Assembly: GCA_963662405.2 (NCBI GenBank)
Contig: CAXXKT010000001.1
Span: forward strand, 1,856,001-1,920,000
Reading direction: 5' to 3'
From: Syntrophales bacterium
GTDB taxonomy: Bacteria; Desulfobacterota; Syntrophia; Syntrophales; UBA2210
Length of the DNA: 64,000 bases
In this document: one piece after another, positions 19,691 through 30,415 of the stretch
Layout: each line of letters opens with the position of its first letter
How positions within the stretch are numbered: position 1 is the stretch's first letter
The notes under the pieces: generated by a model
What the model saw: the letters and a program-made list of their open reading frames with translations, nothing else
Database searches by the model: none
Told to the model about the DNA's origin: nothing
Position numbers and translations under genes: made by a program

Positions 19691-22282
19691 ATGAGATTTG
19701 ATAAATTGACCCTGAAACTCCAGGAGGCCTTGCAGGATGCCGAAGGGCTGGCGGGTCAGTACGGACACCAGGGGATCGATGTCGAGCACATCCTCCTGGC
19801 CCTTGTGCGTCAGCCGGAAGGGACCGTCCCGGGGATCGTAAAAAAATTCGGCGCAAAGCCGGAACAGCTTGCCGCTGAAATCGAGGAAGCCCTGGAAGAG
19901 CTCCCGAAGGTTTCCGGCGCCGGGCAGACCTACGCGACTCCCCGGTTGAATGAGATGTTGAATAAGGCCCTGACCGAGGCGGCCCAGTTGGGGGACGAGT
20001 ATGTCAGTGTGGAACATGCCCTGATCGCAATCACAGGGGACACGAGCAGCCCCGCAGGGAAGGCACTTCAGCGATTGGGGATGAACAGGGATGCGATCCT
20101 GAAGGCCCTGGTGGATATACGGGGAAACCAGCGGATTACCGATCCGAATCCGGAGGACAAATACCAGGCCCTCAAGCGCTTTGCCCGTGACTTCAACGAA
20201 CTGGCCCTCAAAGGAAAATTCGATCCGGTTATCGGGCGGGACGACGAGATCAGGCGGATCATGCAGGTCCTCTCCCGGAGGACAAAAAACAACCCCGTAC
20301 TGATCGGTGAACCCGGGGTCGGAAAGACGGCAATCGCCGAAGGGCTGGCCCAGCGGATCATCAACGGCGATGTACCCGACAACCTGAAAAACAAACGGGT
20401 CGTCGGTCTCGATCTGGGGTCTCTGGTGGCGGGGGCCAAGTACCGGGGCGAATTCGAAGATCGCCTGAAGGCCGTCCTGAAGGAGGTGACCCAGACCAAC
20501 GGGGAGATCATCCTCTTCATCGACGAGCTCCATACCATGGTCGGGGCCGGGGCCGCCGAGGGCTCCATGGACGCATCGAATATGCTCAAACCCGCCCTGG
20601 CACGGGGGGAACTCCACTGTATCGGTGCGACGACCCTGAACGAGTACCGGAAATATATCGAAAAGGACGCCGCCCTGGAGCGGCGGTTCCAGCCGATCGT
20701 CGTGGGGGAACCGACGGTGGAAGATACCATCGCCATCCTCAGGGGGCTGAAGGAACGGTATGAGGTCCACCACGGGGTGCGGATCAAGGACTCGGCGATC
20801 ATCGCCGCCGCCACCCTGTCGAACCGGTATATCAGCGACCGGTTCCTCCCGGACAAGGCGGTCGACCTCATCGATGAGTCGGCCTCCCGTCTCAGGATCG
20901 AGCTTGACAGTCTCCCCTCCGAGATCGATGTTGTTGAGCGGCGGATCATGCAACTCGAGATCGAGCGGGAATCCCTGAAAAAGGAAAATGATAAGACCTC
21001 GAAAAAGCGGCTCGACAGTATCGAGAAGGAACTGGAGACCTTGGGGAAATCCCGGGATGACATGAAGAAACACTGGTCCGCCGAGAAGGAGGCCATCAAA
21101 GAGATCCAGTCGATCAAGGAGAAGATTGAGGAATACAAGGTAGCGGAGCAGAATGCCCAGCGGGAAGGCGATCTGGCGAAGGCCGCGGAGATCCGCTACG
21201 ACACCCTGGTCAGGCTGGAAAGGGATCTGTCGGAGAAGACGACGGGTCTGGAAGAACTTCAGAAGGAGAAGAAGACCCTCAAGGAAGAGGTGGACGAGGA
21301 GGATGTCGCCGAGGTCGTGGCGAGCTGGACCGGTATCCCGGTCGCCCGGATGATGGAGAGCGACGTGGAGAAGCTGATCCATATGGAAGACCGGCTCAAG
21401 CTCCGGGTCGTCGGCCAGGATGACGCCATTCACACAATATCCAACGCCCTCAGGCGAGCCCGTTCGGGTCTGCAGGACCCCAATCGTCCCATCGGATCGT
21501 TCATCTTCATGGGGCCGACCGGCGTGGGAAAGACCGAGCTGACCAAGGCCCTTGCCGAGTTCATGTTCGATAACGAGCAGGCCATGGTCAGGGTGGACAT
21601 GTCCGAGTTCATGGAGCGGCATTCCGTTTCCCGGCTGATCGGGGCTCCTCCCGGCTATGTGGGGTATGACGAAGGGGGATACCTGACCGAGGCGGTGAGG
21701 AGACGGCCCTATGCGGTGGTCCTCTTCGACGAGATCGAGAAGGCGCACCAAGATGTCTTCAATATCCTGCTCCAGATACTGGATGACGGCAGGTTGACGG
21801 ACGGGCACGGCCGGACGGTCGATTTCAAGAACACGATCATCATCATGACCTCGAATATCGGCAGCCAGTGGATGCAGGACCTGTCACTGGGCGAGGAGGA
21901 GCGGCAGAAACGGACGATGGAAGTGTTGCGGACGACCTTCAGGCCCGAGTTTCTCAACCGGGTTGACGATATCATCACCTTCAGATCCCTCTTGATCGAG
22001 GATATCCGGGGTATTATCGGTATCCAGATCGGCATGGTGCAGAAGAGGCTCCAGGACCGGAAGATCAATCTCGAACTGACGGACAAGATCCGGGAGTATA
22101 TATCCGAGGAAGGATACAGTCCCGTCTATGGTGCGCGTCCCCTCAAGAGGGCACTGCAGCGGATCATAGAGGACACCCTCGCCACCCAGATCCTGCAAGG
22201 TGAGATCGCGGAGGGCGACGATATCGTGGCGGATATGGACGGAAACGGCGAGGTTGTTTTCAGAAAGAAGGACAATTCGTAG
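19691..22282 (+). CDS. clpB: Chaperone ClpB
   Basis: Two AAA modules ([16 protein letters not shown]) and a coiled-coil middle domain; 863 aa. Confidence 0.98.
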   Translation: MRFDKLTLKLQEALQDAEGLAGQYGHQGIDVEHILLALVRQPEGTVPGIVKKFGAKPEQLAAEIEEALEELPKVSGAGQTYATPRLNEMLNKALTEAAQLGDEYVSVEHALIAITGDTSSPAGKALQRLGMNRDAILKALVDIRGNQRITDPNPEDKYQALKRFARDFNELALKGKFDPVIGRDDEIRRIMQVLSRRTKNNPVLIGEPGVGKTAIAEGLAQRIINGDVPDNLKNKRVVGLDLGSLVAGAKYRGEFEDRLKAVLKEVTQTNGEIILFIDELHTMVGAGAAEGSMDASNMLKPALARGELHCIGATTLNEYRKYIEKDAALERRFQPIVVGEPTVEDTIAILRGLKERYEVHHGVRIKDSAIIAAATLSNRYISDRFLPDKAVDLIDESASRLRIELDSLPSEIDVVERRIMQLEIERESLKKENDKTSKKRLDSIEKELETLGKSRDDMKKHWSAEKEAIKEIQSIKEKIEEYKVAEQNAQREGDLAKAAEIRYDTLVRLERDLSEKTTGLEELQKEKKTLKEEVDEEDVAEVVASWTGIPVARMMESDVEKLIHMEDRLKLRVVGQDDAIHTISNALRRARSGLQDPNRPIGSFIFMGPTGVGKTELTKALAEFMFDNEQAMVRVDMSEFMERHSVSRLIGAPPGYVGYDEGGYLTEAVRRRPYAVVLFDEIEKAHQDVFNILLQILDDGRLTDGHGRTVDFKNTIIIMTSNIGSQWMQDLSLGEEERQKRTMEVLRTTFRPEFLNRVDDIITFRSLLIEDIRGIIGIQIGMVQKRLQDRKINLELTDKIREYISEEGYSPVYGARPLKRALQRIIEDTLATQILQGEIAEGDDIVADMDGNGEVVFRKKDNS

Positions 22283-22358
22283 ATTCACTTGCAAAAGAGA
22301 TGTCAACGGGGTTTATCCGTGCTCTGCGCCGAATGCTCCCCCACAGGAGAAACATGAG

Positions 22359-23204
22359 ATGAACAATGTAAAGACGGTGGTGCTGCTGGGGTCCCTGACG
22401 GGTCTCCTGATGTTGATTGGTGGATATTTCGGCGGAAGGAGCGGTATTGTCATCGCTTTCCTCTTTGCCATGGTGCTCAATTTCGGGAGCTACTGGTTCT
22501 CGGACAAGATCGTCCTGAAGATGTACCGGGGCCGGGAGGTGTCCGAGGCCGATGCTCCTGAGCTCTATTCAATGGTCAAGGATCTGGCCCTCAGGGCCGG
22601 TCTTCCCATGCCCCGTCTGTACGTGATCCCGGGGAACACGCCCAATGCCTTTGCGACGGGGCGAAACGAACACCACGCGGCCGTTGCCGTCACCGAGGGG
22701 ATCGTTAGCCTCCTGAACAGGGATGAGCTGGAGGGGGTCCTGTCCCATGAACTGACCCACATCAAGAACCACGATATTCTTATCAGCTCCATTGCCGCGA
22801 CGATTGCGGGCGCCATCATGATGCTGGCCGGCATGGCCCGGTGGGCGGCGATCTTTGGTGTCGGGAGGGATGACGATGATGAAGGCGGAGGACTGGTCGG
22901 TCTCATCGTCATGGCCATTCTCGCTCCGATAGCGGCAACCATCATACAGATGGCCATCTCGCGTTCCCGTGAATACCTTGCAGACGAGGGGGGGGCGCGA
23001 ATATCGGGAAAACCCGCCGGGCTGGCAAACGCCCTGGAGAAATTGTCGTCTTCGTCGAAGAACAATCCGATGAATGTCAATCCGTCGACGGCGCATCTCT
23101 TCATCGTGAAGCCTTTTAGCGGCCGGGCTGCGATGAATCTCTTCAGCACGCATCCGCCGATTGAAAAGAGGGTGGAGAAGCTGCGGGCGATGCAGCGGTA
23201 TTAG
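22359..23204 (+). CDS. htpX: Zinc metalloprotease HtpX
   Basis: [21 protein letters not shown] and STHPP motifs. Confidence 0.96.
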   Translation: MNNVKTVVLLGSLTGLLMLIGGYFGGRSGIVIAFLFAMVLNFGSYWFSDKIVLKMYRGREVSEADAPELYSMVKDLALRAGLPMPRLYVIPGNTPNAFATGRNEHHAAVAVTEGIVSLLNRDELEGVLSHELTHIKNHDILISSIAATIAGAIMMLAGMARWAAIFGVGRDDDDEGGGLVGLIVMAILAPIAATIIQMAISRSREYLADEGGARISGKPAGLANALEKLSSSSKNNPMNVNPSTAHLFIVKPFSGRAAMNLFSTHPPIEKRVEKLRAMQRY

Positions 23205-23367
23205 TGGCCGGTATGTGAAAGACACGAAAAAATACCACGGTTCAGTGGGAAGAGAAGATGCTGGCATGGAACTCAACGTGAAGGTCCATTCATGGACCTT
23301 TTCTCAACTTTGTGGTAGGGAGTGTTCCTGATACGGCGGGACCAAGCATACTATTCGGGAGGGTGAC

Positions 23368-23829
23368 ATGGAGGAGAATAACGGAGAAAAGGGATTTGTG
23401 ATTAAAGACAGACGGATGTTCGACGAAGAGGGAAAGGCGCGCGAGGAAGGGGCGCAACAGGAGACTCAAAAAGAACAGACGCCATCCGAGGGTCAAACCG
23501 AATCGAAAGTCGCAGATGAGACGCCACAGGTCGAGAAGGAGGAAAAGGTCGAATCGGGAAGAGAGGAACAATATCAGGTTCCCGAGATGAATTTCCATAA
23601 TTTCGTTCTCTCCCTGTATACCTCGGTGATCTTCAGTCTGGGAGAGGTCCCCGATCCCGTATCGGGCGAAAAGAAGAAAGACCTCCAGGCGGCAAAACAG
23701 ACGATTGATCTATTGGGAATGATCCAGGAGAAGACACGGGGAAACCTCGATAGTAGCGAGAAGGAACTGCTTGAAGGAGTCCTATCGGAAGCACGTATGA
23801 GATATGTGAAGGAGCGGGATCAGGCATGA
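23368..23829 (+). CDS. DUF1844 family protein
   Basis: LGEVPDP..AKQTIDLL..KTRGNL..E motif. Confidence 0.8.
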   Translation: MEENNGEKGFVIKDRRMFDEEGKAREEGAQQETQKEQTPSEGQTESKVADETPQVEKEEKVESGREEQYQVPEMNFHNFVLSLYTSVIFSLGEVPDPVSGEKKKDLQAAKQTIDLLGMIQEKTRGNLDSSEKELLEGVLSEARMRYVKERDQA

Positions 23830-24662
23830 TCGTCAGGCGTTCACCCGCGAAGGTGAACCTCTTCCTCCGGGTACTGAGAAAAAGGGGTGACGGGTACCAC
23901 GATATCCTCAGCCTCATGCAGCGGATCGACCTTTCTGACGAGATGTCATTCTCCCTGAGAGACGAAGGGATCGTGATCAAATGCCCGGGGAGTTCGATCC
24001 CCGAGGACAGGCGGAATCTGGTATACCGGGCCGCCGAGGCTGTCCTTGCCCTCGCCGGCGGGAAGACAGGCGCGGAGATAACCATACACAAGAAGATCCC
24101 GGTCGCCGCGGGGCTGGGGGGCGGCAGCTCCAACGCGGCAACCACGCTCGTTACCCTCAACGAGATGGTGGGAACGAAATGCAGCACGGAGGAGCTGATG
24201 CGCATGGGGGCAAAGCTGGGGGCCGACGTTCCCTTTTTTATTTTCGAACGGACTGCCCTGGCATCCGGTATCGGCGAATATCTCGAGGCGGTAGACGGGC
24301 TCCCCCGCATATGGTTCGTTCTCGTCAATCCCGGTTTTGAGATCTCCACCCGGGAGGTCTACGAGAGTTTGAGAATGGAATTGACAGAAGACCCGATACA
24401 ATATAGGATGCCGGCTTTTAAGACGGTTTCCCATGTCGCGAAGGAACTGTACAACGATCTGGAGGAGGTCTCTCTGGATCGGTATCCTGTCTTGTCGGAG
24501 ATCAAGGCACAGTTGATGGCGCATGGGGCCTCGGGTTCTCTGATGTCGGGGAGCGGTCCCACCGTCTTCGGTATCTTCGAAAATGAAGATGATGCGCGGA
24601 AGGCCGAAACAAAGCTACGTGAGACTCACACCGGTTCGGTGCTCGTCGCATCTTCCATATAA
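23826..24662 (+). CDS. ispE: 4-diphosphocytidyl-2-C-methyl-D-erythritol kinase
   Basis: PAKVNL, IPVAAGLGGGSSNAA and MSGSG motifs. Confidence 0.97.
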   Translation: MIVRRSPAKVNLFLRVLRKRGDGYHDILSLMQRIDLSDEMSFSLRDEGIVIKCPGSSIPEDRRNLVYRAAEAVLALAGGKTGAEITIHKKIPVAAGLGGGSSNAATTLVTLNEMVGTKCSTEELMRMGAKLGADVPFFIFERTALASGIGEYLEAVDGLPRIWFVLVNPGFEISTREVYESLRMELTEDPIQYRMPAFKTVSHVAKELYNDLEEVSLDRYPVLSEIKAQLMAHGASGSLMSGSGPTVFGIFENEDDARKAETKLRETHTGSVLVASSI

Positions 24663-24737
24663 TGGGGCGTCGTCAAGCGGTAAGACACAGGACTTTGGTT
24701 CCTGCATTCGGAGGTTCGAATCCTCCCGCCCCAGCCA
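24663..24737 (+). tRNA. tRNA-Gln(UUG)
   Basis: Cloverleaf with anticodon arm CAGGA-CTTTGGT-TCCTG, GGTTCGAATCC T-arm and encoded CCA; abuts the ispE stop. Confidence 0.97.
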
Positions 24738-24865
24738 TAACTTTTCTCAGATGACGGCTCGTCACTTGGGCCGGACAGCGAAATCTCTTGACATTACATC
24801 ACCATAAAGTTATCAGGTTAACGATTTGATCTTGATGTTATTTTCTGTTTGCGAACGGCTGTAAC

Positions 24866-24934
24866 CAAAGGGGGATTATGGCCTGATCATCAAAGCCCTG
24901 TTTCTCAAAACGAGAGATGGGGCTTTTGCTTTTT
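24866..24934 (+). promoter_or_regulatory. Putative leader motif, copy 1 (SD, ATG-GCC-TGA, terminator hairpin)
   Basis: 15-bp stem AAAGCCCTGTTTCTC/GAGAGATGGGGCTTT (3 G-U pairs) plus T tract; similar to 60953-61020. Confidence 0.55.
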
Positions 24935-24972
24935 GTCATAGAAAAGATTGGTATGCGAAGCCGCGAGACACA

Positions 24973-25658
24973 GTGAATGTGAGATGTCCCTCGTTTTTTC
25001 TAGGCCTTTACGAGTTTTCAAAAGCAATAGTTGAAAAAATCATTAATCACATTGCATGGAATAAGACAGGTCCTGGCGAGTTTCGAAGCCCTTTCACACG
25101 TGGGACTAAAGAGCGGCCACTGCGAATAACATTTCATACCTCTAGCGTGGCTGGAGCAACAGGGAAAGAGAAAGAAGCTCTTGAACTATTAATGGAATTG
25201 ACCTTCGTTTCTGAAATACAAGCAATGCAAGCAGAGTCTGGGAGTCTTCCTTCCAAATTGGCTCAACTGATGAGAATAATAATTTTTTTCCGGTGACGGT
25301 GAATTACACAACTCACACTACTTACGCTAGGATAGCAAATCCACAACGATGGTCTCAGATCGCAGCTTCTCTTCTCGAAAAATATGATCAGCAACCTGAT
25401 GTGATTAAGGTGCTTGATGCTTTATTGTTGTCGCCAGCGCATCATAGGTTGCACCAAGATATTTGTATGACTTTATCCCCCCAGTTACTCACCCACCGCA
25501 CTCGGCACGTCGTTCGTGATGCCAACCCTATGACACCGAGAGAAGCTGCTAAGGTTGTTGGATATTTTCTGAGAGCTCGAGATAAATTCATTTATGAGGC
25601 GTGGGCAAAAGGTGCAGCGATCACTCGATCGCGGTTTTTTGCCGAAAATGTGATTTAG
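24973..25658 (+). pseudogene. Two overlapping orphan ORFs (107 and 121 aa), possibly one decayed gene
   Basis: GTG starts, no clear SD, no recognised motif, inside the islet. Confidence 0.3.
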
Positions 25659-25938
25659 AACAGTTATGCTCAAGAGAATTTCTTCTGGAATCATATCAAT
25701 TATTGTAAACAGAAGTATGATATAGTGAATATTTTATCCTGGTCGCACAGTGCCACCGGTTCCTCTCCTGATGCCCCGATCTCTCTCCTTTTCCCTTGAC
25801 CTCTGGTCATTTTTGGGTTAGTAATGCCCAAATTGTTCCTAAGGTGTTCCTATTGCCCTCGGAAGTGCTGTATTAGCGTGGGGGTACGAAGGTTTAAGCC
25901 CTCCCGCTCCAACCAGATAAAGGGAAAGAAGGTCCTAG

Positions 25939-26880
25939 ATGTTAGAAAGAATGAGGATATTTTCCGGTAATGCCAGCCGGGTTCTTGCAACTGATATCTG
26001 TAGAAAACTCGGGGTATCGCTGGCCAAGGCCAGCGTTTCCACTTTCAGTGACGGCGAGACGAGTGTTGAAATTGATGAAAATGTGAGGGGGATGGATGTC
26101 TTTATCGTTCAATCCACTTCGACGCCGGTTAATAAGAACCTGATGGAACTCCTCATCATGATAGATGCCTTGAAACGAGCGTCTGCCGACCGGATAACTG
26201 CCGTCATCCCCTATTACGGGTATGCCCGGCAAGACAGAAAGGCCGCCCCGAGGGCTCCGATCACGGCGAAACTGGTGGCCGATCTTCTCACGACGGCCGG
26301 GGCGAATCGCGTGATAGCAGTGGACCTCCATGCCGGCCAGATCCAAGGCTTTTTCAATATCCCGGTTGATAATCTCTACGCAACTCCCATCCTTCTCGAG
26401 TATGTGAAACGCAATTATGCAGGTAATCTCATTATTGTATCACCCGACACGGGCGGCGTCGTGAGGGCGAGGGCCTTCGCAAAGAGGTTGGGAGCCACGT
26501 TGGCAATCGTGGACAAGCGGAGGGATGCGCCAAATGAATCCCAAGTGATGAACGTTATTGGTGATGTAAAAGACAAAAAAGCAATCATTATCGATGACAT
26601 GATCGATACGGCCGGAACGGTTGTTCAGGCCGCCGAGGCCATCAAGAAAGAGGGGGCTAAGGAGGTTTCTGTCTGTTGTACCCATCCTGTCCTTTCCGGG
26701 CCGGCGATTGAGCGGATGAGTTCTTCCTCCGTGAAAGAGGTGATCGTGACGGATACCATTCCCCTGCATGAGAAGGCGCAGACCTGTAAAAAGATACGGG
26801 TCCTTTCGATGTCGGGGGTGTTAAGCGAATCGATCAAGAGGATTTACTATAACGAGTCCGTAAGCTCATTGTTTATTTAA
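25939..26880 (+). CDS. prs: Ribose-phosphate pyrophosphokinase
   Basis: [22 protein letters not shown] and DDMIDTAGT motifs. Confidence 0.98.
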   Translation: MLERMRIFSGNASRVLATDICRKLGVSLAKASVSTFSDGETSVEIDENVRGMDVFIVQSTSTPVNKNLMELLIMIDALKRASADRITAVIPYYGYARQDRKAAPRAPITAKLVADLLTTAGANRVIAVDLHAGQIQGFFNIPVDNLYATPILLEYVKRNYAGNLIIVSPDTGGVVRARAFAKRLGATLAIVDKRRDAPNESQVMNVIGDVKDKKAIIIDDMIDTAGTVVQAAEAIKKEGAKEVSVCCTHPVLSGPAIERMSSSSVKEVIVTDTIPLHEKAQTCKKIRVLSMSGVLSESIKRIYYNESVSSLFI

Positions 26881-26975
26881 AGCCTTGGTTTTTGCTCCCA
26901 AGGGAGGGAATGGGGGTCCATGGGCGTTTGATATGTGTATATATGAGTTTTGAACTTTTTAAATAGGAGTGACAG

Positions 26976-27644
26976 ATGAGAACAGTTGCGTTAAGCGCTC
27001 AGATACGGGAAGGGACGGGGAAAGGCCCTTCGCGGAGGCTGCGATCGGGGGGCTTTGTCCCGGGAACATTTTACGGATACCAAGCAGAGCCGATGATCGT
27101 CAAGGTTGATGCATCCGAGTTGACGAAGATCTTGGTGCAAGGACGGGGAGAGACGGTCTTTATAAAGCTCGGGATCGAATCAGACAAGGAGAAGAAGGTC
27201 GAAAAGCTCTCCGTTATAAAAGATCTCCAGATTGACACGGTCAACAGAAAGCCGGTCCACGTTGATTTCTATGAGATTCGGATGGACAGGACCCTCGCGG
27301 TGGATGTGCCCGTGGTTTTTACCGGTACATCGTCAGGGGTCGAAGATGGTGGGGAAATGCAGCAGCTCAAGAGGGATGTGAAGGTATCGGGTCTTCCCTC
27401 CGATCTCCCCGAATCCATTGAAATAGATATTAGTCAGCTCGGGATTGGTGATTCCGTCAAGGTGAGCGATCTTGTTGTTGAAGAGGGAATCCAGCTTCTC
27501 GATAACGATGACGTGGCCATCGTGGCCGTAGTCCCCACGCGCGTAAGCCTGGCGGCGGAAGTGGCCGAGGGTGAAGAGGGTGAAGGAGAGGTTGCGGGAG
27601 CGACTGAGGCGTCTTCTGCCGAAACGGAAGGTGAGGGAGAATAA
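26976..27644 (+). CDS. rplY: 50S ribosomal protein L25/Ctc
   Basis: GKGPSRRLR..VPG..YG..HVDF, long form. Confidence 0.95.
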   Translation: MRTVALSAQIREGTGKGPSRRLRSGGFVPGTFYGYQAEPMIVKVDASELTKILVQGRGETVFIKLGIESDKEKKVEKLSVIKDLQIDTVNRKPVHVDFYEIRMDRTLAVDVPVVFTGTSSGVEDGGEMQQLKRDVKVSGLPSDLPESIEIDISQLGIGDSVKVSDLVVEEGIQLLDNDDVAIVAVVPTRVSLAAEVAEGEEGEGEVAGATEASSAETEGEGE

Positions 27645-27678
27645 TCATAAGCATGATGATGCTCCGGCAGGGAAACAG

Positions 27679-28269
27679 GTGCAGCTGATAGTTGGGCTGG
27701 GCAATCCCGGTGCCAAGTATGTCGGTACCAGACATAATATGGGATTTCTGGTTGTCGATGCCGTGGCTCGGAGGGTAGGTGTAGCTGTTGACCGTAAGCG
27801 GTTTGATTCCCTCCTCGGCAAGGGAGATATCTCCGGGGTTCCCGTGATTTTGGTGAAACCACAGACCTTTATGAACCTGAGCGGGAGTGCGGTTGCTCAG
27901 GTTGCCCGTTATTTCGGGCTCGGTGCCGAAGAGATAGTAATTGTTCATGATGATATGGATTTCCCAACCGGCGAGGTCCGGATAAGAATGCGCGGTGGCG
28001 CCGGGGGGCACAAAGGGTTGCTCTCCATCATCGATCACCTTGGCAGGCCCGATTTTGCCAGGGTTCGAGTGGGTGTCGGTAGGCCGTCTGCTGGTGTGAT
28101 GATGGAGCGGCATGTATTGGATCGGTTCCCGAAGAGCGAGGCGCGAATGGTGGATCATGCCGTTGAACGGGCATGTGATGCGGTGATTGAGGTTGTTTCA
28201 TCGGGTGTTCAGGCGGCGATGAACAAATGTAACGCAAGGACCACACAAAAATTAAGCGAGGAGGTATAA
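27679..28269 (+). CDS. pth: Peptidyl-tRNA hydrolase
   Basis: [26 protein letters not shown] and HDDMD motifs; GTG start inferred. Confidence 0.95.
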   Translation: MQLIVGLGNPGAKYVGTRHNMGFLVVDAVARRVGVAVDRKRFDSLLGKGDISGVPVILVKPQTFMNLSGSAVAQVARYFGLGAEEIVIVHDDMDFPTGEVRIRMRGGAGGHKGLLSIIDHLGRPDFARVRVGVGRPSAGVMMERHVLDRFPKSEARMVDHAVERACDAVIEVVSSGVQAAMNKCNARTTQKLSEEV

Positions 28270-28277
28270 ACGGGACT

Positions 28278-30341
28278 ATGGAATTTTTGGTAGATTATGC
28301 GTGGTTATGGGGCCTCATCGGTCTGGTGCTGGCATTCATAATTTACAGATACGTTATGACCTTTTCTCCGGGTAACGACGTAATGGTTGAGATCATGGAC
28401 AGGATACACGCCGGTGCCATGGTCTTTCTGAAGAGGGAATACAAGATCATCTCGATCTTTGTCGTTGTTGTGTTCCTTATCCTCTTCTTTGCTTTGGACA
28501 ACAAGATGTCATCCGTGGCGTTCCTGGCGGGGGCGATCTGTTCTCTGATGGCCGGTGTTTTCGGAATGCAGGCTGCCACCCTCTCCAACGCGAGGACGGC
28601 TGAGGCGGCCAAGACGTATGGCCAGGGCAGGGCCCTGACCGTGGCCTTCTTCGGCGGTTCCGTTATGGGGCTTTCCGTGGCATCCCTCGGGCTCTTGGGC
28701 TTGGGCGTCTTCTTCTATTTCTTTGCCGAAACGGATCCCGTTGTCATCAACGGTTTCGCCATGGGCGCCTCTTCGATCGCCCTCTTCGCCCGTGTCGGTG
28801 GTGGTATCTTCACCAAGACGGCCGATGTGGGATCCGACCTGGTCGGTAAGGTTGAAGCGGGAATCCCGGAAGACGATCCGAGAAACCCGGGCGTCACCGC
28901 GGACAACGTTGGGGATAACGTGGGTGATATTGCCGGTATGGGCGCGGACCTCTACGAGTCCTACTGCGGTTCCGTTATTGCCGCCATCGCGATCGGCGCG
29001 ACGATGGGTCTCGGTCAGGAAGGTATGGCAATCAAGTGGATGATGCTGCCCATGCTGTTCATCATCGTCGGGCTTCTTGCATCGGTTATCGGAATCGGGC
29101 TCTTCAATTTCCTCAAGAATATGAAACCCCAGTCGGCGCTAAGCAATTCTCTCTATATCGCGGGGATTCTCTTCATCATCGCTTCGTACTTCGTTGTCAA
29201 AAATATCACGGCGGGGATGTCTGCCGAGTATCTGAAAGAACTGGGAATGATCAGTGCCCTGGGGCCCTTCTGGGCTGTTCTTCTCGGGATTGTTGCCGGT
29301 ATGCTGATTGGCGCCGTCACGGAATACTACACGGCCCGTGGGCCCATCGAGCGGATAGCTGAGGCATCGCAGACCGGCTCGGCGACAACGATCATCAGCG
29401 GTTTCGCCGTCGGTCTCGAGAGCGTTGTGGCCCCGGTATTCTTCATCGCCATCGCGATCTGGATGTCCTATATAACCTGCGGTCTCTATGGGATAGCCAT
29501 TGCTGGTGTCGGTATGCTGGGTACGGTCGGCATGACCATGTCAGTCGACAGCTACGGTCCGATCGCCGATAACGCGGGCGGTATCGCGGAGCAGGCCCAT
29601 ATGCCTCCCGAGGTACGGGAGATCACGGACGGTCTCGACGCGGTGGGTAACACGACCGCCGCTATCGGTAAGGGTTTTGCCATCGGTTCGGCGGCCTTGA
29701 CGGCCCTGGCCATGTTTGCCGCTTACACCGCGACGGTGAAGACCTTCCCCGGTTTTGAAAATTTCACTCTCGATCTGACCGAGGCGCACGTTATTACCGG
29801 TGTGTTCCTGGGTGGCTTGATCCCTTGTCTGCTGGCTGCGCTCACGATGACCGCTGTCGGTGAGGCGGCGTTTGATATGATCAACGAGATCAGGAGACAG
29901 TTCAGAGAGATTCCCGGGATCATGGAAGGCACGACTCCTCCCGACACGAACAGGTGTGTGGATATCGCTACAACCGCAGCCCTGAAGAGGATGATCTTCC
30001 CCGGTGTCTCGGCGGTCCTGGCACCCATCCTCGTTGGTGTATTCATCGGCCCCCAGGCGCTGGGTGGATTTCTCGCCGGTGCGACGCTGACAGGCGTGAT
30101 TCTGGGTCTGCTGATGGCAAACTCCGGTGGCGCGTGGGATAATGCGAAGAAGTACATCGAGCAGGGGCATTTCGGCGGCAAGGGTTCCGATGCGCACAAA
30201 GCGAGCGTTATCGGCGACACCGTCGGCGATCCCTTCAAGGATACCTCGGGACCCTCGATGAATATCCTGATCAAGCTGATGTCGGTTGTTTCTCTGGTTA
30301 CCGCTCCGGCGATTATATATCTCTATAATCTGATTTATTAA
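28278..30341 (+). CDS. hppA: Membrane-bound ion-translocating pyrophosphatase, K+-dependent type
   Basis: [26 protein letters not shown] and [10 protein letters not shown] motifs. Confidence 0.96.
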   Translation: MEFLVDYAWLWGLIGLVLAFIIYRYVMTFSPGNDVMVEIMDRIHAGAMVFLKREYKIISIFVVVVFLILFFALDNKMSSVAFLAGAICSLMAGVFGMQAATLSNARTAEAAKTYGQGRALTVAFFGGSVMGLSVASLGLLGLGVFFYFFAETDPVVINGFAMGASSIALFARVGGGIFTKTADVGSDLVGKVEAGIPEDDPRNPGVTADNVGDNVGDIAGMGADLYESYCGSVIAAIAIGATMGLGQEGMAIKWMMLPMLFIIVGLLASVIGIGLFNFLKNMKPQSALSNSLYIAGILFIIASYFVVKNITAGMSAEYLKELGMISALGPFWAVLLGIVAGMLIGAVTEYYTARGPIERIAEASQTGSATTIISGFAVGLESVVAPVFFIAIAIWMSYITCGLYGIAIAGVGMLGTVGMTMSVDSYGPIADNAGGIAEQAHMPPEVREITDGLDAVGNTTAAIGKGFAIGSAALTALAMFAAYTATVKTFPGFENFTLDLTEAHVITGVFLGGLIPCLLAALTMTAVGEAAFDMINEIRRQFREIPGIMEGTTPPDTNRCVDIATTAALKRMIFPGVSAVLAPILVGVFIGPQALGGFLAGATLTGVILGLLMANSGGAWDNAKKYIEQGHFGGKGSDAHKASVIGDTVGDPFKDTSGPSMNILIKLMSVVSLVTAPAIIYLYNLIY

Positions 30342-30369
30342 GCCGGATAATCAGGATATAAGTATATGG

Positions 30370-30403
30370 AAGGGGGGTGGAGGAATCCATCCCCCTTTTT
30401 TTC
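30370..30403 (+). terminator. Probable terminator after hppA
   Basis: AAGGGGGGTGGA/TCCATCCCCCTT stem plus T run. Confidence 0.65.
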
Positions 30404-30415
30404 TGAGAGAGAGTT

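Larger units (their letters stand above)
24738..25915. mobile_element. Decayed tRNA-integrated islet
   Basis: AT-richer segment ending in a 22/29 copy of the tRNA 3' end (25887-25915); no integrase seen. Confidence 0.6.

Noticed and set aside
19355..21808. 817-aa minus-strand ORF
   Set aside because: Antisense shadow of GC-rich clpB; no motifs. The same applies to shadows over htpX, hppA, FNT and others.
24878..24926. UGA plus hairpin as a selenocysteine/SECIS signal
   Set aside because: The stem is followed by a T tract like a terminator and no selenoprotein-like frame follows.
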